Shown: positions 1 through 14,013, counted from the first letter of the stretch. The stretch: 64,000 bases of DNA from Geosiphon pyriformis uo1 (GCA_016748015.1 JAAOMT010000684.1:248001-312000); one strand, 5' to 3'. A program made the numbers and translations. The notes: generated by a model from the sequence alone, not told the origin.

Positions 1-978
1 GTTGCACTTATCTTTGACAGTTAATCCAAACAAATTGAAACACTTAATAGATCTCTTGTCCTCCAAATAAATGAACCTCCGAAACCTTTGTAATCTTATG
101 CTATCCAATGTAAGTCGAAAAAAGCTTAAAAGATTTTTCCGGCTACAAACATTTCATATTCTCATTCAAGATTACCCGATTCTTTAAAATGTTAACAGCC
201 TTGGTCGATTATAATACGTTTTTAAGAGTCAAATGACGTTTAAAAGGCCTCTTTTGTCGCAGGGAAAAAGTTGAGTTTTTTAACACAGACTAATCAAAAT
301 TTCTTTAAGAAAAACATGGGTTGGCTGTTCTTGGATGAGTAAGTTTGTCATGTTAGATGCCCCGATTAACGATATGAAAAATTATCCAAAAAAACATTTT
401 TAGTTTCAAATTCTTTTCTTTTGTTTTAATGAACGCAATGCACACGGAGAAGGCACAAAAGTTATCGATGCGTTCCGAGGGATAGTCCACGTTTTTAGGA
501 ATGTACCATTCGGCGCGCTAAGCTATATTATTGTGATAAAGATAAATCGAATGGATAAATTTGCCTTGCTAAAGCATGTTTCACATTAATTATGAGCCAT
601 TGCTAATAATTTCTATATGGTATAACAAAGAGCCAAATTTAATTAAAGTGGACCCAATTGTTGGCCTTAAAGGAAGAAATGTGTGTTTTGTATGCAAGAC
701 ATCTGTAACATTTGTTAGGGTTTCCTTTATTGCTGGCGTAAAGGGCTAAATCTCAATTGCTTTGGGAATAAAGATAGGGGTTTCTACGGAAAATGTTTTC
801 TTCTCATGCTTAACACAGGCTCGGGGGGACATATTAGTCCTCTCGATGATACAAATGTCATTTTTTGGGACTCATTAATTAATAAATTACTACGGCTAGT
901 TTGCCTTACTAATCCAATTGTGCATAAAAGGATCTCAGTTCAAAAGAATTTTCTCCTTAAAGCAGTGAAAAAGTTATA

Positions 979-2752
979 ATGGCCTTGAACAATTATAATC
1001 AATCAAATAGCCCAAATAGTCCTGCTTCTGCAATAGAGGTTAATTCTTTGACTCCAAATGATCCAAGGGTTAGAGATAGTATTACAACTGTTGTAGATTT
1101 TAACATATCTGAATTACGTGCTCAATATGGTGAAGGTTCTATATCACGATCTGACACTATCGAAACATTAACCGAAAAGATCGATGAAAAATACTTGAAA
1201 AAAACTTTAAATCCCGTTTCCGAAAGGATACAAAAGTTTACCAAAGCAAGCCTAAAAGCCATTGAAGTTATAGAGCCCCCAAACCATGAATTTGAAGATA
1301 ACACTCAAGTTCCTAAACTTTCTTATTTGAAAGTTTTCCTTCTATTTCTAAAGTTTGGGATTAGTTCATGGGGTTCCTCAGGTGCAGAGGTGAGCTTTTT
1401 TAAGCATGAATTTGTAAAGAAACAGGCATGGATTAGTAAAAAGCGATTCAAAAGAGTTTATTCAGTGTAGGTCTTTATCAATGCAAATATTCCCGTTTGA
1501 AAATTCGACTAAATGCTAAAAGCTATATTATTTTCTTAAGATACAATTTTCTCCCTGGTCCAATATCTGTGGAACTCGCAATGTATTTCGGTTGTTTGAC
1601 TGCAGGCCGGCTCGGAGGTGTTTTGGCTGGTCTATCATTCATTTTACCTGGCTTCCTACTTACCGTTTTAGTCTCATATTTTTATGTCTGGATAGGCAAG
1701 GACAACAAATATTTCAATGCTTCCTTTCTCGGAATACAACCTATGGTGGCTGCTATGGTTTTACGAGCGGTTCATGAAAAGGGTTCACATGCTTTTATAT
1801 CACATAAAACCAAAAAGTTCAGTTACTGGCTTTTTGCTTTTGCGATAATATCAGCTATTCAAAGCGCCTTTCGAATGAACTTTATAATTATTCTAGTTGT
1901 CCTTGGTCTGAGTTACGTTTGCGTTCATTCGAAAAATTATTGGTGTGCTATAATGATCCTAGTCATCGAAATGACGTGTTATACGATCCACATCGCTAAA
2001 AAAGGGCTTCCACATGATGAAGGCTTAGGTTTTGGGGTTGCCAAAACAAGTGATCCTGGACATATTCTTGGTCTGGGCCTCCTGGCTGGTTCAATTTCTT
2101 TTGGCGGTGGATATGTTAGTTATTTTTTCTCTTTTTTTAAAAAAAATTAAGTAAAAAATGTTTAAACTAACTCGCTGATTTAAATGGCTGAATTACTCAG
2201 GCTATAATACCAATCTTAGAAGCCGAGGTGGTAATTATTGGTCAATGGATAACAAGGCAGACTTTTCTTGATGCCCTGGCCGTCGGGAACATTGTACCGG
2301 GACCTTTGGTTTTAATAGCAACGTTTTTGGGTTTTCAAGGAGGGAACATTTACTGTGGGATCGGTTGCGGTTTCCTTGAAGCTGGACTGATCACAATCGG
2401 CATATTTCTTCCATGTTTCATATTCACAATCATTGGCCATAATTTGCTCGAGAGACTTTCACAAAAACAACTTTTTAGGGCGTTTTTCGATGGAATGTTA
2501 GCGAGTATTGTTGGAACGATCCTTGTTGAGGCTTTACATTTGTTGAAGTACTCGGTTAGCACACCAGGAAGTATTCGATTTGTTGAGGACGAATCACAAT
2601 ATTCTATGGTATTAGCAGGTCACCATTCTTTGGCAGCAGTTCTATATATTTTATCTTTAGTTTCTTTGTACATTTTTGATGGAAAGTATACGACATTTTT
2701 CTTGATAACTTTTGGTGCTATTGCGGGCCAGTTTTTATTTTTAAAAGAGTGA
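979..2752 (+). CDS. Chromate ion transporter (CHR/ChrA family, long two-domain type), 3 exons
   Basis: Three ORFs join in frame via GT-AG introns 1467-1540 and 2115-2200. CHR motifs: LPGP (x1) and VPGP, G..GG..AG..F..P, SFGGGYAIIP.LE.EVV...WIT...FLDALA.G. Confidence 0.92.
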
Positions 2753-3193
2753 TTTTTCACTTTTCAAAAAGATTTTATTAGCTAGGTAAAATAGATATGG
2801 TAAAATTTTGCTTGGGTATGATGGAGGAACAAACTTTCATATTTTTCCATAACATCACAGAAACACAAGGTTTTTGCGAATTTTGGGGCTGTTAAAAGTG
2901 TTCCTCCAAAAGATCTCATTCACAAATTTGCCACGTCTTATTCGCCAACTGCACTTCTGACTATTCAAAGAGCTCTTTATCAGCAAGCTAGAAGAATTTT
3001 TTGCGAATATATGAAAAAACTTTGAATTTAAGGATAAGTGAAAGAATTAGATCTCCTGTAGAAATTTATAAAAAATTATGACTATAAAACCGGATTTTTA
3101 ATTTTAATAAAATTAATAATAATATGCTATTTTTGAGATTTAAGAAAATTATTAAACAATTTATTTGGGTCTTATTCTCAAAATATTAACATA

Positions 3194-3930
3194 CAGTCCT
3201 GGTGGGAAACTAGTGACGGACATCTTTTTGGATTACAAAACTTTTTTTATATACAAACCAGTGAAAGTTTTATTATTCAAAATACCTTAATACCAAAGAA
3301 AATTTAGATATCACGTTTATGATTTATTTCTTTTTGTTACATAGTAATGAATATGGCAGATAAACGATTGTGTTCAATAATAATCTAAATGTGTTGAATT
3401 TTTTCCCACAAATCTTGCTATGAACTTGCTTAGGTAGAGATTTAACCTCAATATTATCCTGCTGGAATACCCACTGATGTCCATGTTTCCTGGTCGCATT
3501 GTGATAAAGGCAGTTGTTTAGTATCTCACGATAAATATGACGGTTGGAATTCTTCGTGAATACATGAAAACCAATTTTGCGGCGTGAAGCTTGACCATTG
3601 ATGTTATAAGTTGTCCATACCAAAGAGGTTTTTCAAAAAATCTGTGAAATTGTCTTGTCGGAGAATATAAACCTTTTATTTCAGTTGTAGTGGCAGTGTA
3701 TCCAAGCCTTGAAAGCTCGTCTCGGATAGTTTGTTGGCTGCTTCGAAGCCTGGATGCGTTTTTTCGAGCTGTTCTTTGATTTCAGCTACCATAACGAAAT
3801 GATTTCCGTGCATGATTTTCCTAATCGTGGGACATTTGCTTGTGTGGGTGGCCAGGACGATGAATATTCATAATTTGGCCGTTCTTGCGAAGGAAGGCGA
3901 TTTCGATGACTGTGGCAGGAATAAATAAAA
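3194..3930 (-). mobile_element. Degenerate Tc1/mariner (IS630-Tc1) DNA transposon remnant
   Basis: Minus strand encodes HRPGHP (GRP-like linker, ~3850-3870) and W.FQQDN (DDE core, ORF 3324-3623) in broken frames. TA|CAGT... at 3192-3197 resembles a Tc1 terminal inverted repeat end; no matching second TIR found. Confidence 0.7.
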
Positions 3931-5328
3931 GATTGTGCAACATTAGTGGTAAACAAGATTTAACCTTTTTTCAAATTATGAATTAAAAGTAACAGGAATA
4001 AACAAGAATAATATTAAACCTTGTTTACAACGTTATCAAAAAATACCATTATTCATGAAAAAATAATAGATAAATGTGAAATAGTTTATAACAGCATAGC
4101 AACAATTGTATATTATTTAAATTAAATAATCAATATAAAACTTGAATATATATTTTATTTTTTAAATATATATTTACACATAATATTAATCTGTAATTTT
4201 GTGTTTTTAAGATGCATTTTTTTAAAATGATTCAAGATGAAACATAATTATAAAATGATTTTGAATGATTTTTTCAAAAGAAAAAAGTTGGAAAAGAAAG
4301 TTATTTTATATATTATTGTGTTATATTGTATTTTACTTTGAATTTTTTTAAATCCCAGCTTATTGTATTATTTCATACCCAACTATATAGAAACTTTTTG
4401 TTTGGTTATTTAAATCCCTAAATATCAAAACCAAAGAGTGGCTGATAATTTTTTTACTTTTCTAAACCTGATAAATTCTCACAATACTTTACTATATTAA
4501 TCCAAATCCAAAAGATCGATCGTGAAAATATATCAATATCGGGATCCACAACTACCTTCCGATGCAATTATTCAACAAGGACACAGAGATTTAGTTCAAA
4601 ACCTCGATTTCTTTTGATCTATTTGGAAGGTATCAATAATCTAACCTATCAAATTAAGATAAAATTATATGAGAAATTAAGTAATTTTGATAGGTGAATT
4701 TATTTAATTAATCGTGTTCAATTTTTATATTGAAACGTCATCTTCAATAAAAAAATGCCCTTCAGAGTGTTATTGACTATAGCTCTATGCTTGGACTCGC
4801 TTGATTCTTGTCTTTGAAATGAATAATTTTTAGTTGTTGATGTTTCAGCAGGAAAATAGTTTTCCTAGTACAAAAAGTGATCAGATCGAATGGATGGAAA
4901 TTAGAAATTTAAATGAATTCTATTCTAAGCTGAGAGAAGATTGTGAAACATCAATTAAACTTTTGACAAAAAATAATTATTATAGCTTTCTTGAAGGAAA
5001 ATGTCGCGAAAAGCTTTGAGTGATTACTATTATTTAACCAAAACAGTCTGTGGCATTGAAACGGAGCAGTTTATTTGGAAAACGAATGCATTAACAGTAT
5101 GGGTGTTCGCGTAATCTTTCTTGTTCCTGTTTGATTTAGCTTTATTTCGCTGCTTTCATTCTAATTTTTTATACCTTTCCTTGAGAAATTCCAGACTTGG
5201 CAATAGTACCGTCTAGTGAGACATGTAGTACAGTAAGTGATCGGCACCTAGATTTGCTCAAACAGTTGAAAGCATAACAAATAAGAAAGGTGACCGTTTT
5301 CTAGAATACCAATTGCCCAATTCTTTTT

Positions 5329-6456
5329 ATGCTCTCACGGCTGAACATGGAATACGAAAATCTTTTTCGCCATAAACCGAACTCTGTAGTTGACCAACTC
5401 TTGGATATATTCAATACTTCGAATGATAGGTCAGAAGATGACGAAATTATAGTGGAAAGAGTCAAATACTGGCTGGACATTAACGCACATACCCCAGTGA
5501 AGCTCTTTGAACTCGTTTATCAACAACGTCACAACTTGAAATATGCCTCACTTTTAGCATTCCTATATGACTATGGAATCGGAACGGCAATAAACAAGCA
5601 AGAAACTTTCTACTGGTACAAAATAAAGGCTGAGAAATGTGATGACCCTCTTTCACAGAACCAAATTGGATGTTGTTACAGCCAAGGAACTGGAATCCCG
5701 AGAGACAGGCAAATGGCATTTCATTGGTTTCACAAGTCAGCGGATAATGATTACGCTTGTGGCCAAAAAAATCTCGGCTACTATTATTCAACGGGATTCG
5801 CATATCCAATAGAAAAGGCTTTCTATTGGTTTAGGAAATCTGCTCAAAAAGGCTATACACCTGGCCAGTTTTCACTCGCCACCTGTTACTTAATGGGTTA
5901 CGGGATTGAGATAAACCAAAAGAAGGCAGCTTATTGGTTTAGACTTGCGGCTTTGGCCGGTAACGCCATGGCTCAACTTGATTATGGGAATTGTTATCTC
6001 GCAGGAAATGGGGTTCCTAAAAATGAAAAAATGGCTTTTCATTGGTACAGAAAATGTGCACTTTCTGGAAATCCAATTGGCCAATATTTCCTAGGAGATT
6101 GTTTTATGGGTGGAATAGGGACAAAAAAAAACAAAACTTTGGGTCATAAATGGTATTTAAAAGCCTCAGCAGGTGGTAATATTGAGGCCAAAAATTCTCT
6201 TGGCTCCAATTATCAATTCGGAAATGGGGTGCGAAAAAATCTATTGAAAGCGTTTAAATTTTTTAAGATGTCAGTGGATGTTGATGAGGATGGAAATAAA
6301 ACTGGACAAAATGAAATGGGTAATTGTTATAATTATGGTTGGGGAACTGAGCAAGATTTTCATTCTGCAATTAGATGGTATAGGAAGGCTCTCAAGAATA
6401 AGGATGCTGTGAGCTATGAGAAATTAGCGGGATTGTTAAATACTGTTGATGTTTAA
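5329..6456 (+). CDS. Sel1-like repeat (SLR) protein, intronless, no kinase domain
   Basis: About 8 repeats of the AQ..LG.CY..G.G...D...A..W...A consensus. Confidence 0.93.
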   Translation: MLSRLNMEYENLFRHKPNSVVDQLLDIFNTSNDRSEDDEIIVERVKYWLDINAHTPVKLFELVYQQRHNLKYASLLAFLYDYGIGTAINKQETFYWYKIKAEKCDDPLSQNQIGCCYSQGTGIPRDRQMAFHWFHKSADNDYACGQKNLGYYYSTGFAYPIEKAFYWFRKSAQKGYTPGQFSLATCYLMGYGIEINQKKAAYWFRLAALAGNAMAQLDYGNCYLAGNGVPKNEKMAFHWYRKCALSGNPIGQYFLGDCFMGGIGTKKNKTLGHKWYLKASAGGNIEAKNSLGSNYQFGNGVRKNLLKAFKFFKMSVDVDEDGNKTGQNEMGNCYNYGWGTEQDFHSAIRWYRKALKNKDAVSYEKLAGLLNTVDV

Positions 6457-6906
6457 ATAAACCTTGAGTTTGTAAACATACAGGTTTTAAAGGTAGGTGT
6501 CTTTTAATTTTGATCCTTGTCCAAGATTTTTTAGATGCGTTAATTAATTGAAATTTTATAATTCATACAGAACTTTAAAGCTCACTTTATTAGGTAAAAA
6601 AGTCAAGGCGAGCAAAATTTTAACAAAATTCAATGCCCTTACAAATTCGAACTTTGTAGAATCTTTCAACTACCTTTAACTTTCTCTATCATATTTATGA
6701 TTATCTGTACCCTCTTCTATCTTGACTTTTCTAATTTTGAATTTTCAATCATCTTATGCTGCTGGAAAATGTGACATTAGCATCTCATTTCAAATTTATA
6801 TAATTTTTTGGTAAAAGTCAGCTGAGATTAAATTATGCCAATATAGAATCCGGAGAAAAACGATTAGAATGTAAAACTTATTCGAAGTTTCAGCCGGGAA
6901 GCATTT

Positions 6907-8383
6907 TTATTGATGAGAACCATTGTGGGTAATATTACCAAGGATGGTTAAAATGCACATCATAGTTACAGTAATGAATGGCGCCAAAACCAGGTAGGAA
7001 TAAAATAACAAAGTTGCCGCCTCTTCCTGAAATGCACCCGTCACTTGTGCCATGTTCATGATAGTAATTGCACTCGGACCACTAGCTTCGAGCATTAAAA
7101 TAAACCATAGCATTGGATCATTCAAGTACCAAGAACGCAAAAAAACTACCAAAAAAATTCCAATAATTGGCATCAAAATGAATCGAAATAACAAGATATA
7201 CATGATTGAGGGCAAAGATTGACGATTCTTTCTTGGAGTTAAATTGTTAAGTTGTGCACCAAGCATTAACAAAGTCATGGGAATTGTCATGTCACCTATA
7301 TATCGTATTGCTCGTGTAAGTGAAGAGAATAAGGGAAAAGATGTGCCAAAAAATAGTTCTTTCAACGGTGGACTGATGCCGACGAAAATAGCAATTAATG
7401 CGGCGTATAGAGGTGGGTTCAGAAAACCTTGAATTGATTTGATCTTTTCTATAGCTCGTTTCTTGAAACCATTCTCGTATTTAGACTGTGGATGGTTTAA
7501 TAAGGTTGTTGTTTCTCTGTAAATTAAATCTTCATTGGGATGGGACGAATTAATTGCATCTGATATTGATGAGGAATCTCCTTGCTCTTCATGCGTTTGA
7601 TCTAAATTCCCAACTTGTTTCTCATCTTTCTTCAAAAGCCATGTTCCCAGACTGAAACTATTTCAAGAAAAGATGAAATATATTAAAATATATAGCAAAT
7701 TTTTTATCATAAAACATTTAAAAAAATTCTAAAGTTGAAAAAGGCATACCGCAGAACATTTGCCATCAATGTATTTATTAAGGCATAGGAGATTCCACGA
7801 GCTACAGCTTCAGGTGGGGTATCTTTTTCTCCCCAAAGCAAAAGTTTAATAGCTTCTGTTGTTGCCAAAGCTTGAATTAAACCAATAGGACGACTAGTTA
7901 CATTATTAAAAATTATCCCAGTCGCAATAAATTTGGTTTGAGAAGTTGTGAAGCCAAAGATTTTTCCACCGATTAAAGCAGCAATGATACTCAGCGTACA
8001 GAATAAAGCAAAGAAGGCTGGGAGAGGCCATAATCGAATCAGAGTTTCTGCATCAATGCTTGCACCCACTTGAGCGAATAAAAGACATGGCATAAAAAGT
8101 TTGACCGTTAATTGGGAAAGGCCCTATTTAAATGACTAAATAAATGATAATTCGTTATATTTGAAAAAGTTAGCCAAGAAATAGTTGAAAAACAAACCGA
8201 TTGCACTTTAGAGTTGATTAATCCAATTTTCGCACATAAATATCCTGCGAGACTCACGAACAAAATCAAGGAGCTTGACTAAGAAAAGAATTTTTAGCAA
8301 GAATTAAATTATTTTAAAAAACAACTATTGTCTTGGTAAATAGTTACTTGTACAGATAAAAGTACTAATTTCCAAAAATCCAT
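6907..8383 (-). CDS. Auxin efflux carrier / Mem_trans (PILS-like) membrane transporter, 4 exons
   Basis: Spliced model MDFWKLVLLSVQ|SSSLILFVSLAGYL...|GLSQLTVKLFMPCLLF...|FSLG... Family motifs P.LLF, F.N...P, NPP, G....P..L..LG..L, RF...P, P.A. Confidence 0.85.
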
Positions 8384-8688
8384 TTTGAACGTATTGTTTC
8401 ATTGCCCGACTTCTCCCAAGCTTATAAAGTAGTTCAATAGTTCACCTTTTTGTGAAATGTGTGATACGCACCACTCATGCAAGCAGACGTTATGTTCCAT
8501 CCCATCTTTTATCAAAGAAGCAAAAGATCGATTGTGATCTTTGTTCGGATCTTCTGCAAGAGTTCAAAAGATTACAAAGCTTTTTTGTTGTGTGCGCCTT
8601 ATGTTAGCTTTTTTAAGAAATAAAGTTAAGCAGTTTTTTACCTAGAAAATCTGTACATTCAAATAGAATTAACTTTGTAAATTGCGAG

Positions 8689-11202
8689 ATGGATTTCTTG
8701 TCAGTTTTTGGATTTTTCTTATTCTTTATCATTGTATAAAAAGCTAAATAATTTACAAGCTCTGATTGATTTTGAATACATCTTTAGGGAATTTACGATG
8801 CTTATTTTGGACCACTGAATAAAATTCTGGGTCCAATATTACACATTTTAACTCCCATATTTACGACTTTCTTCATTTTCAAGGGCGAGAGGTATTTTGC
8901 TTAGCTATATTTCGATTTTCTTGTGATTCTATTATTGACAGACTAATTTCACTTGCTACAGGTGGAAGTTGATTCAAAAAAATTTTATCCTAAATATTGT
9001 CCCATCTTTCGCATTGGTAAGTAATATTATATTTTCAAAGCTTGTATTTACTAATTTTCCTTTTCAATCAATTAAGGCTCGATAATATATGTGGCAGATA
9101 GAGAGGCAGCGAAGCAAGTGAGATAATTTTTTATAAACAAATCATCTGCTTGATAATTTATTATAGAGGTAGGAAACCGGATTATTTTTATTTTAATCAC
9201 TTTTAAAATAAAAGATTTTGCATCTTAAAAACTCAGAATTTCCCTAAAGCATCACAATATTTGGTCCTTAGAAGAGATAATAACGCGGAAATTTTATTTA
9301 CGGCATGTAAGAACAATTTTTGTCCGTTTTTTCTTTAATAGATGGACCCTCTAAATTAAAATTTTATCAAATCATAGAAATAAATCATTCCATAAAGAAC
9401 GAGTTTGTACATATTAGAATACTTAGATTTTTATCGTTCAAAAGGATTTAAAAATAATTTCAAAGCACACGCCTTCTTTACAGTGTCATCAATTGGCTCC
9501 CACCTTTTCAATTAAATACTTGTTCTCTTTGAATTCATTTACCAAAATATGTGTGCGCGATTTGTTTTTCAAGATTGATGAAACACTTCATCCTGGTCTT
9601 GCATCAATTATTAACATTTTTGATTTAATTTATAACTGCACTTTGATAAGATATTGAGTTCTTTTCTTTCTTTGTTATCAATCCAAGAATTTGAAGTTTG
9701 TATGATCGTCTTTCAAGGATATTATTGGAGAAGTTGCATTTGGAGGCAAGTTTGTTCTTGCGTTGAATGGAAATAACCAATTAAAATGGGAATTAAATGA
9801 CATACTTCACAAGTCTCATCTGGTAAAAAGTTATCACATCATCCCATTTCACGCGTATTTCAAATTGACGCAGAACGCTGATTTATGATTTACATTTCCA
9901 GAGGTCTATCTCATCCATTTTTGTCTGCATTCTCCCCGAAAGGGAATATCTTTACAGCTTAAGAAAATTTTTCACTTATTCTACGTTATAATGATTTCTA
10001 TTTTGACAATACACATTGGATCTATTATTTTAGTTTCACCAAAATCTATTAAAAAGATGTCGCGAAGAAAGAATACCAGTGAAAAAAGATATTTTTCAAA
10101 TAGTTTTGGATACTATATCTGATATCGGATCAAAATTTACTGACTTGGAAGCATTTGATCAAAACTTAGAGTAATGTGTAAAACAGTTGTTTCAGCACTT
10201 TAATGGTACCCTAGGATTATAATTGGCTAACAAATATTAATGTTATTGTTTGTAATATCACTTAGGATAGCTGGTAGTGACACGACGGGTTTCAGCATGG
10301 CTCTAATTCTTCTGGCCAAGCATCCCGAAAAACTTCAAAAGCTCATCAAAGAATTCGAAACTGTAATTCCCAGCATAGGACTTGATAATTTACCAGACCA
10401 AGAAACACAAAACCAACTGCCCAACTTGAATGCTGTTGTGAATGAGACACTCAGATTATACCCGACTTTGGTTAGGTTTTGGATAAAATCGTCTTATTAT
10501 TTGAATAATTGAATTTATTAACCTGCCTTTTGATAACTTTTGAACTGTAGAAAGATGGAAGTAAAACTTGACCAAGTTCTTTTAAATATCTGCAGAAAAA
10601 TTATTAGCTCAACCAAATTTCATTTTCCCTAATCAGGAAGCCCTAGAGTCACGAACAAAGATATTATAATAAAAGATTATTTTATTCCAAAAGAGGTAAT
10701 GTGATATATCAAATATTTCTTTGATTTTTCTTCATTAAATTATTATTGATTTTTTTCTCTGTAGAAAACAATTTCTGCTAATGTTTACCAACTTCAAGTC
10801 TCTTCTGAATACTGGAGCGAAAATCCATTAGGTTTTTGCCAGAACGTTGGCTAAACCCAGACATTCCGGCCGATGCATTTTACTCATTTTCTGCAGGTAA
10901 AATTAAATATTTATGTGTATCTTAATTGAAGTTTAATTTAAAACATAAATTCAATAGACATGTTTTTTGCTTAACAGATTCGAGGAAATGCCTTGGCAGC
11001 GGTAAAATAAAAAAAATCTCAAAATATTTATTTCATATAATAAATTAATATGATTTTTTTTTTCCGTCATAGCTTTGTGTTGCGTAAATTGTCCAAAGAT
11101 GTAAATTTGTGGATATTCCTGGACAAGGCTTGGAAATTGTACAAATTGTAGTTTCTAGTTTGGGAGCTAAGAAATATGGATTTAATGTAAACTATACCTT
11201 AG
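8689..11202 (+). pseudogene. Cytochrome P450 pseudogene, many small exons
   Basis: I-helix AGSDTT and K-helix ETLR in ORF 10240-10512. PERW at ~10839-10850 is out of frame with the preceding exon sequence, which reaches TAA. Heme region splices as FSA(D)SRKCLG, with G replaced by D. Upstream exons also appear interrupted. Confidence 0.8.
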
Positions 11203-11617
11203 ATAAATTAGTTAAGTAGTAAATATTTATATAGTATTACAATTAAAATTAGAGCTTTCGCCATAAAGAAAGCTAGAATAAGAATATGTATCCCAACATG
11301 ATAACAGACCCGTTTCTCCGTTGTATGGATAATAGTTCGTTCATTTCAAAATTTGTGACACACATGTTAGTAATTAGTTCGCATATGAACTTTGTATCAT
11401 AATTATAAAACGAATCAAAATGCATCCCCAAGAATACCTTTGTAGTTTTAAAATAGAAAACTGAAATCATTGAATGCTATAAATATCTGGTATTTTGTAG
11501 AGCAACTCAGATTTCTTTAACCTGAGAATTGATTAAAATTTAGAAAATTTTTAATTCTTCATATTTATCATCAATAGTAAATCTATTTTCCCAACAAATT
11601 AATTAAAAACAAAAATC

Positions 11618-13195
11618 ATGGATATATTCAAATTAGTGAACTTAATATTTATATGCGGATCAATATTTATAACTTTAAACTTTAAATTTTGTGAAGGTAT
11701 TTAACGGCAATATTTTAGAAAATCTAGCTTTTCTCACTCACTATATGACTTCAAATTTCTTTAGCTGGTTTGGACGTTGATTTAGTTCAAACTCAAGGGT
11801 TACAGTTTTTCAAAAAATTTAATTTAAGTTCACCTGGAATTGCAAAACAAGCAAAATCTTTTCTAGACAATTCTTCAAATAATGCATTAAAAAATAAAAA
11901 TCCATATTCCGTGATAAACTCTACTATAAAACCTCCAAACTCTGATACACATGAATATTATTCTTGGGCACCATATCAATGGCCGGATTGTACAGGTATA
12001 AAAGGTGTTACGGACGAAGCGACTCAATGTCCATATAAGCAGCGAGATGGCGAATATATAACCGATTTGAACAAACTATCAGATAAAGATGACGTTGGAA
12101 CAATGGTCAAGGATGTTATAACCTTATCTCTGGCCTATACATTATATGGAGACGAGAAATATGCGGCGAAAGCGACCCAATTATTGTATGTTTGGTTTTT
12201 GAACAATGAAACTGCCATGGTACCACGTGTAGATTTTGGACAAGTAGTGAGAGGCCCAGGAGAATGGAAGGGCAGATCCGAAGGAATTCTAGATATGCGG
12301 GGTTTTGTTAGTAACAAATTATTCTGAAAATGTTTGATTTATATCCGTATATTTTGCTTAAATTTCTTCGCTTGATATACAGGTTTACATTCCACCAGCA
12401 ATCGAATTGATAAAAGGTTCTTCGTCTTGGAGCTCAAAGTTAAGTAACGGAATGATAAATTGGTTCACCCAATATTCAGATTGGTTGCAAAATTCGGATT
12501 TGGGCAAAGGAGCGCGTAGTGCAAGTAACAATCATGGAACTTTTTACGTGGTACAACTAGCAACATACTTGGATTTCATTGGAAAAAAGGATGATGCCAA
12601 AAAAGCAATTAACAATTTTTTACAAGGGCAATTTCAAAATCAAATTTCGAAAAGTGGAGAACAACCACTGGAAAGCCGAAGAACGGTAATGCAATAAAGT
12701 TTGATTCAATTTACAGCTAAACTCGCAATAACAAATCTTCAAAAAAAAATATCTAAATAGAGACCATATCATTACCAATGCTTTAATTTAATTGCACTGA
12801 CCTATATCGCTCGTTTATCACAAAGAATAAATGGTCCAAACCTTTGGGAAGCAAAAACTTCCAGCGGTGTTACCATTCAAAATGCTGCACATTATATGGC
12901 AGTAGAAGCCATGCCCAAAAATAATGATAAAAATGATTGTATGGTCCCACTTTATGCCGCCAGGCTTTATTATGGAGATTCAGGTGGGATATTGGGAACT
13001 TATTTATCGAAAGTAGTAAAACTCGCTCAAGGTTCAGATTTATCCTGGATGATTTGGGATCCATTAGCATTGAATGGTTTGGAGACAACGACAAGTGGTT
13101 CTATTTCATCGTTTAGTTACGGCATAGAAAAAACAATTTTTTTATCTCTGACAATTCTAACATTGATAGGGGCAAATATTTACCTTAACCTTTGA
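11618..13195 (+). CDS. Secreted, C-terminally anchored alginate lyase family (PF05426; PL5/PL38-like) polysaccharide lyase, 4 exons
   Basis: Signal-peptide exon 11618-11696; introns 11697-11764, 12307-12382, 12686-12760 keep frame. Motifs HEYYSWAPYQWP, PY..RDG, WF....T.M.P, NNHGT, QPLE.RRTRPYHY..FNL. Ser/Thr spacer then hydrophobic C-terminal tail. Confidence 0.85.
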
Positions 13196-14013
13196 ATATT
13201 GTGCTAAATCCCCTAAATCAAAGTTTTTGAACAATCGAATTTTTCCTCTGCTGCAAAATGTCAATTTGTCATAATCAACAGTTGATTCTATATGGAACAA
13301 TTTAAAAAACCATCTATTAGGAAACAAAAGATTTTAGTCAGTACTTTAAAAAGCCATTCAATTTCAGCGGCCAATATTAGAAAATTTCCAAAGGAAATAA
13401 AAGTTTCTCATCACATTAAATTTAAAAGCATTGCTTAACTCAGGTCCTTGTAGTTAAAGTTTAATATTAGTTGCTGCAAGTTTTAAAAATGAGTAGAAAC
13501 CTTACAAGATAAAAGTTAATAAACTTTTGAGATTCTTTCCCTCTTCAATCAATTACTTATAAAAAATGAAGTTTAAATTTTTCAAAAATTACTGTCACTT
13601 ACATTAGCACTGAAATAGGTATTCGAGTATTTATATTTCGGCTTTTCATGTTTAACTATTAAAAAAAGCACGCTCGGAATGAACTTGGTAAAAAAACTGC
13701 GACAGATGTACTCCTAAGGTTCCCAAGAAAATTCTATTTCTTCAATCTAATTACGCTGCCTTTTGTGGGAAATAATTTTCCGAATTTGCGATTATTCCAC
13801 TGCCAATCTGATACATTTTTATAACGTGAATAAAATATTGAGTGTACCTCCCGTAAAATCAATTGGAATAAACCAGTTTGCGAATAGCCACTTATTCACC
13901 CGAATAGGATAGTCAATTTAACTGAATAATGACTGATATGGACCACAAAATTTATGTTTGCAATCCAGCGGATTCATTGACAAATGTCCAAATTTAGATT
14001 TAAAATTTTTTTC

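Noticed and set aside
4500-5019. Exon-like fragments including ORF 4834-5019
   Set aside because: In-frame stops and no recognisable family; possibly a pseudogene but unsupported.
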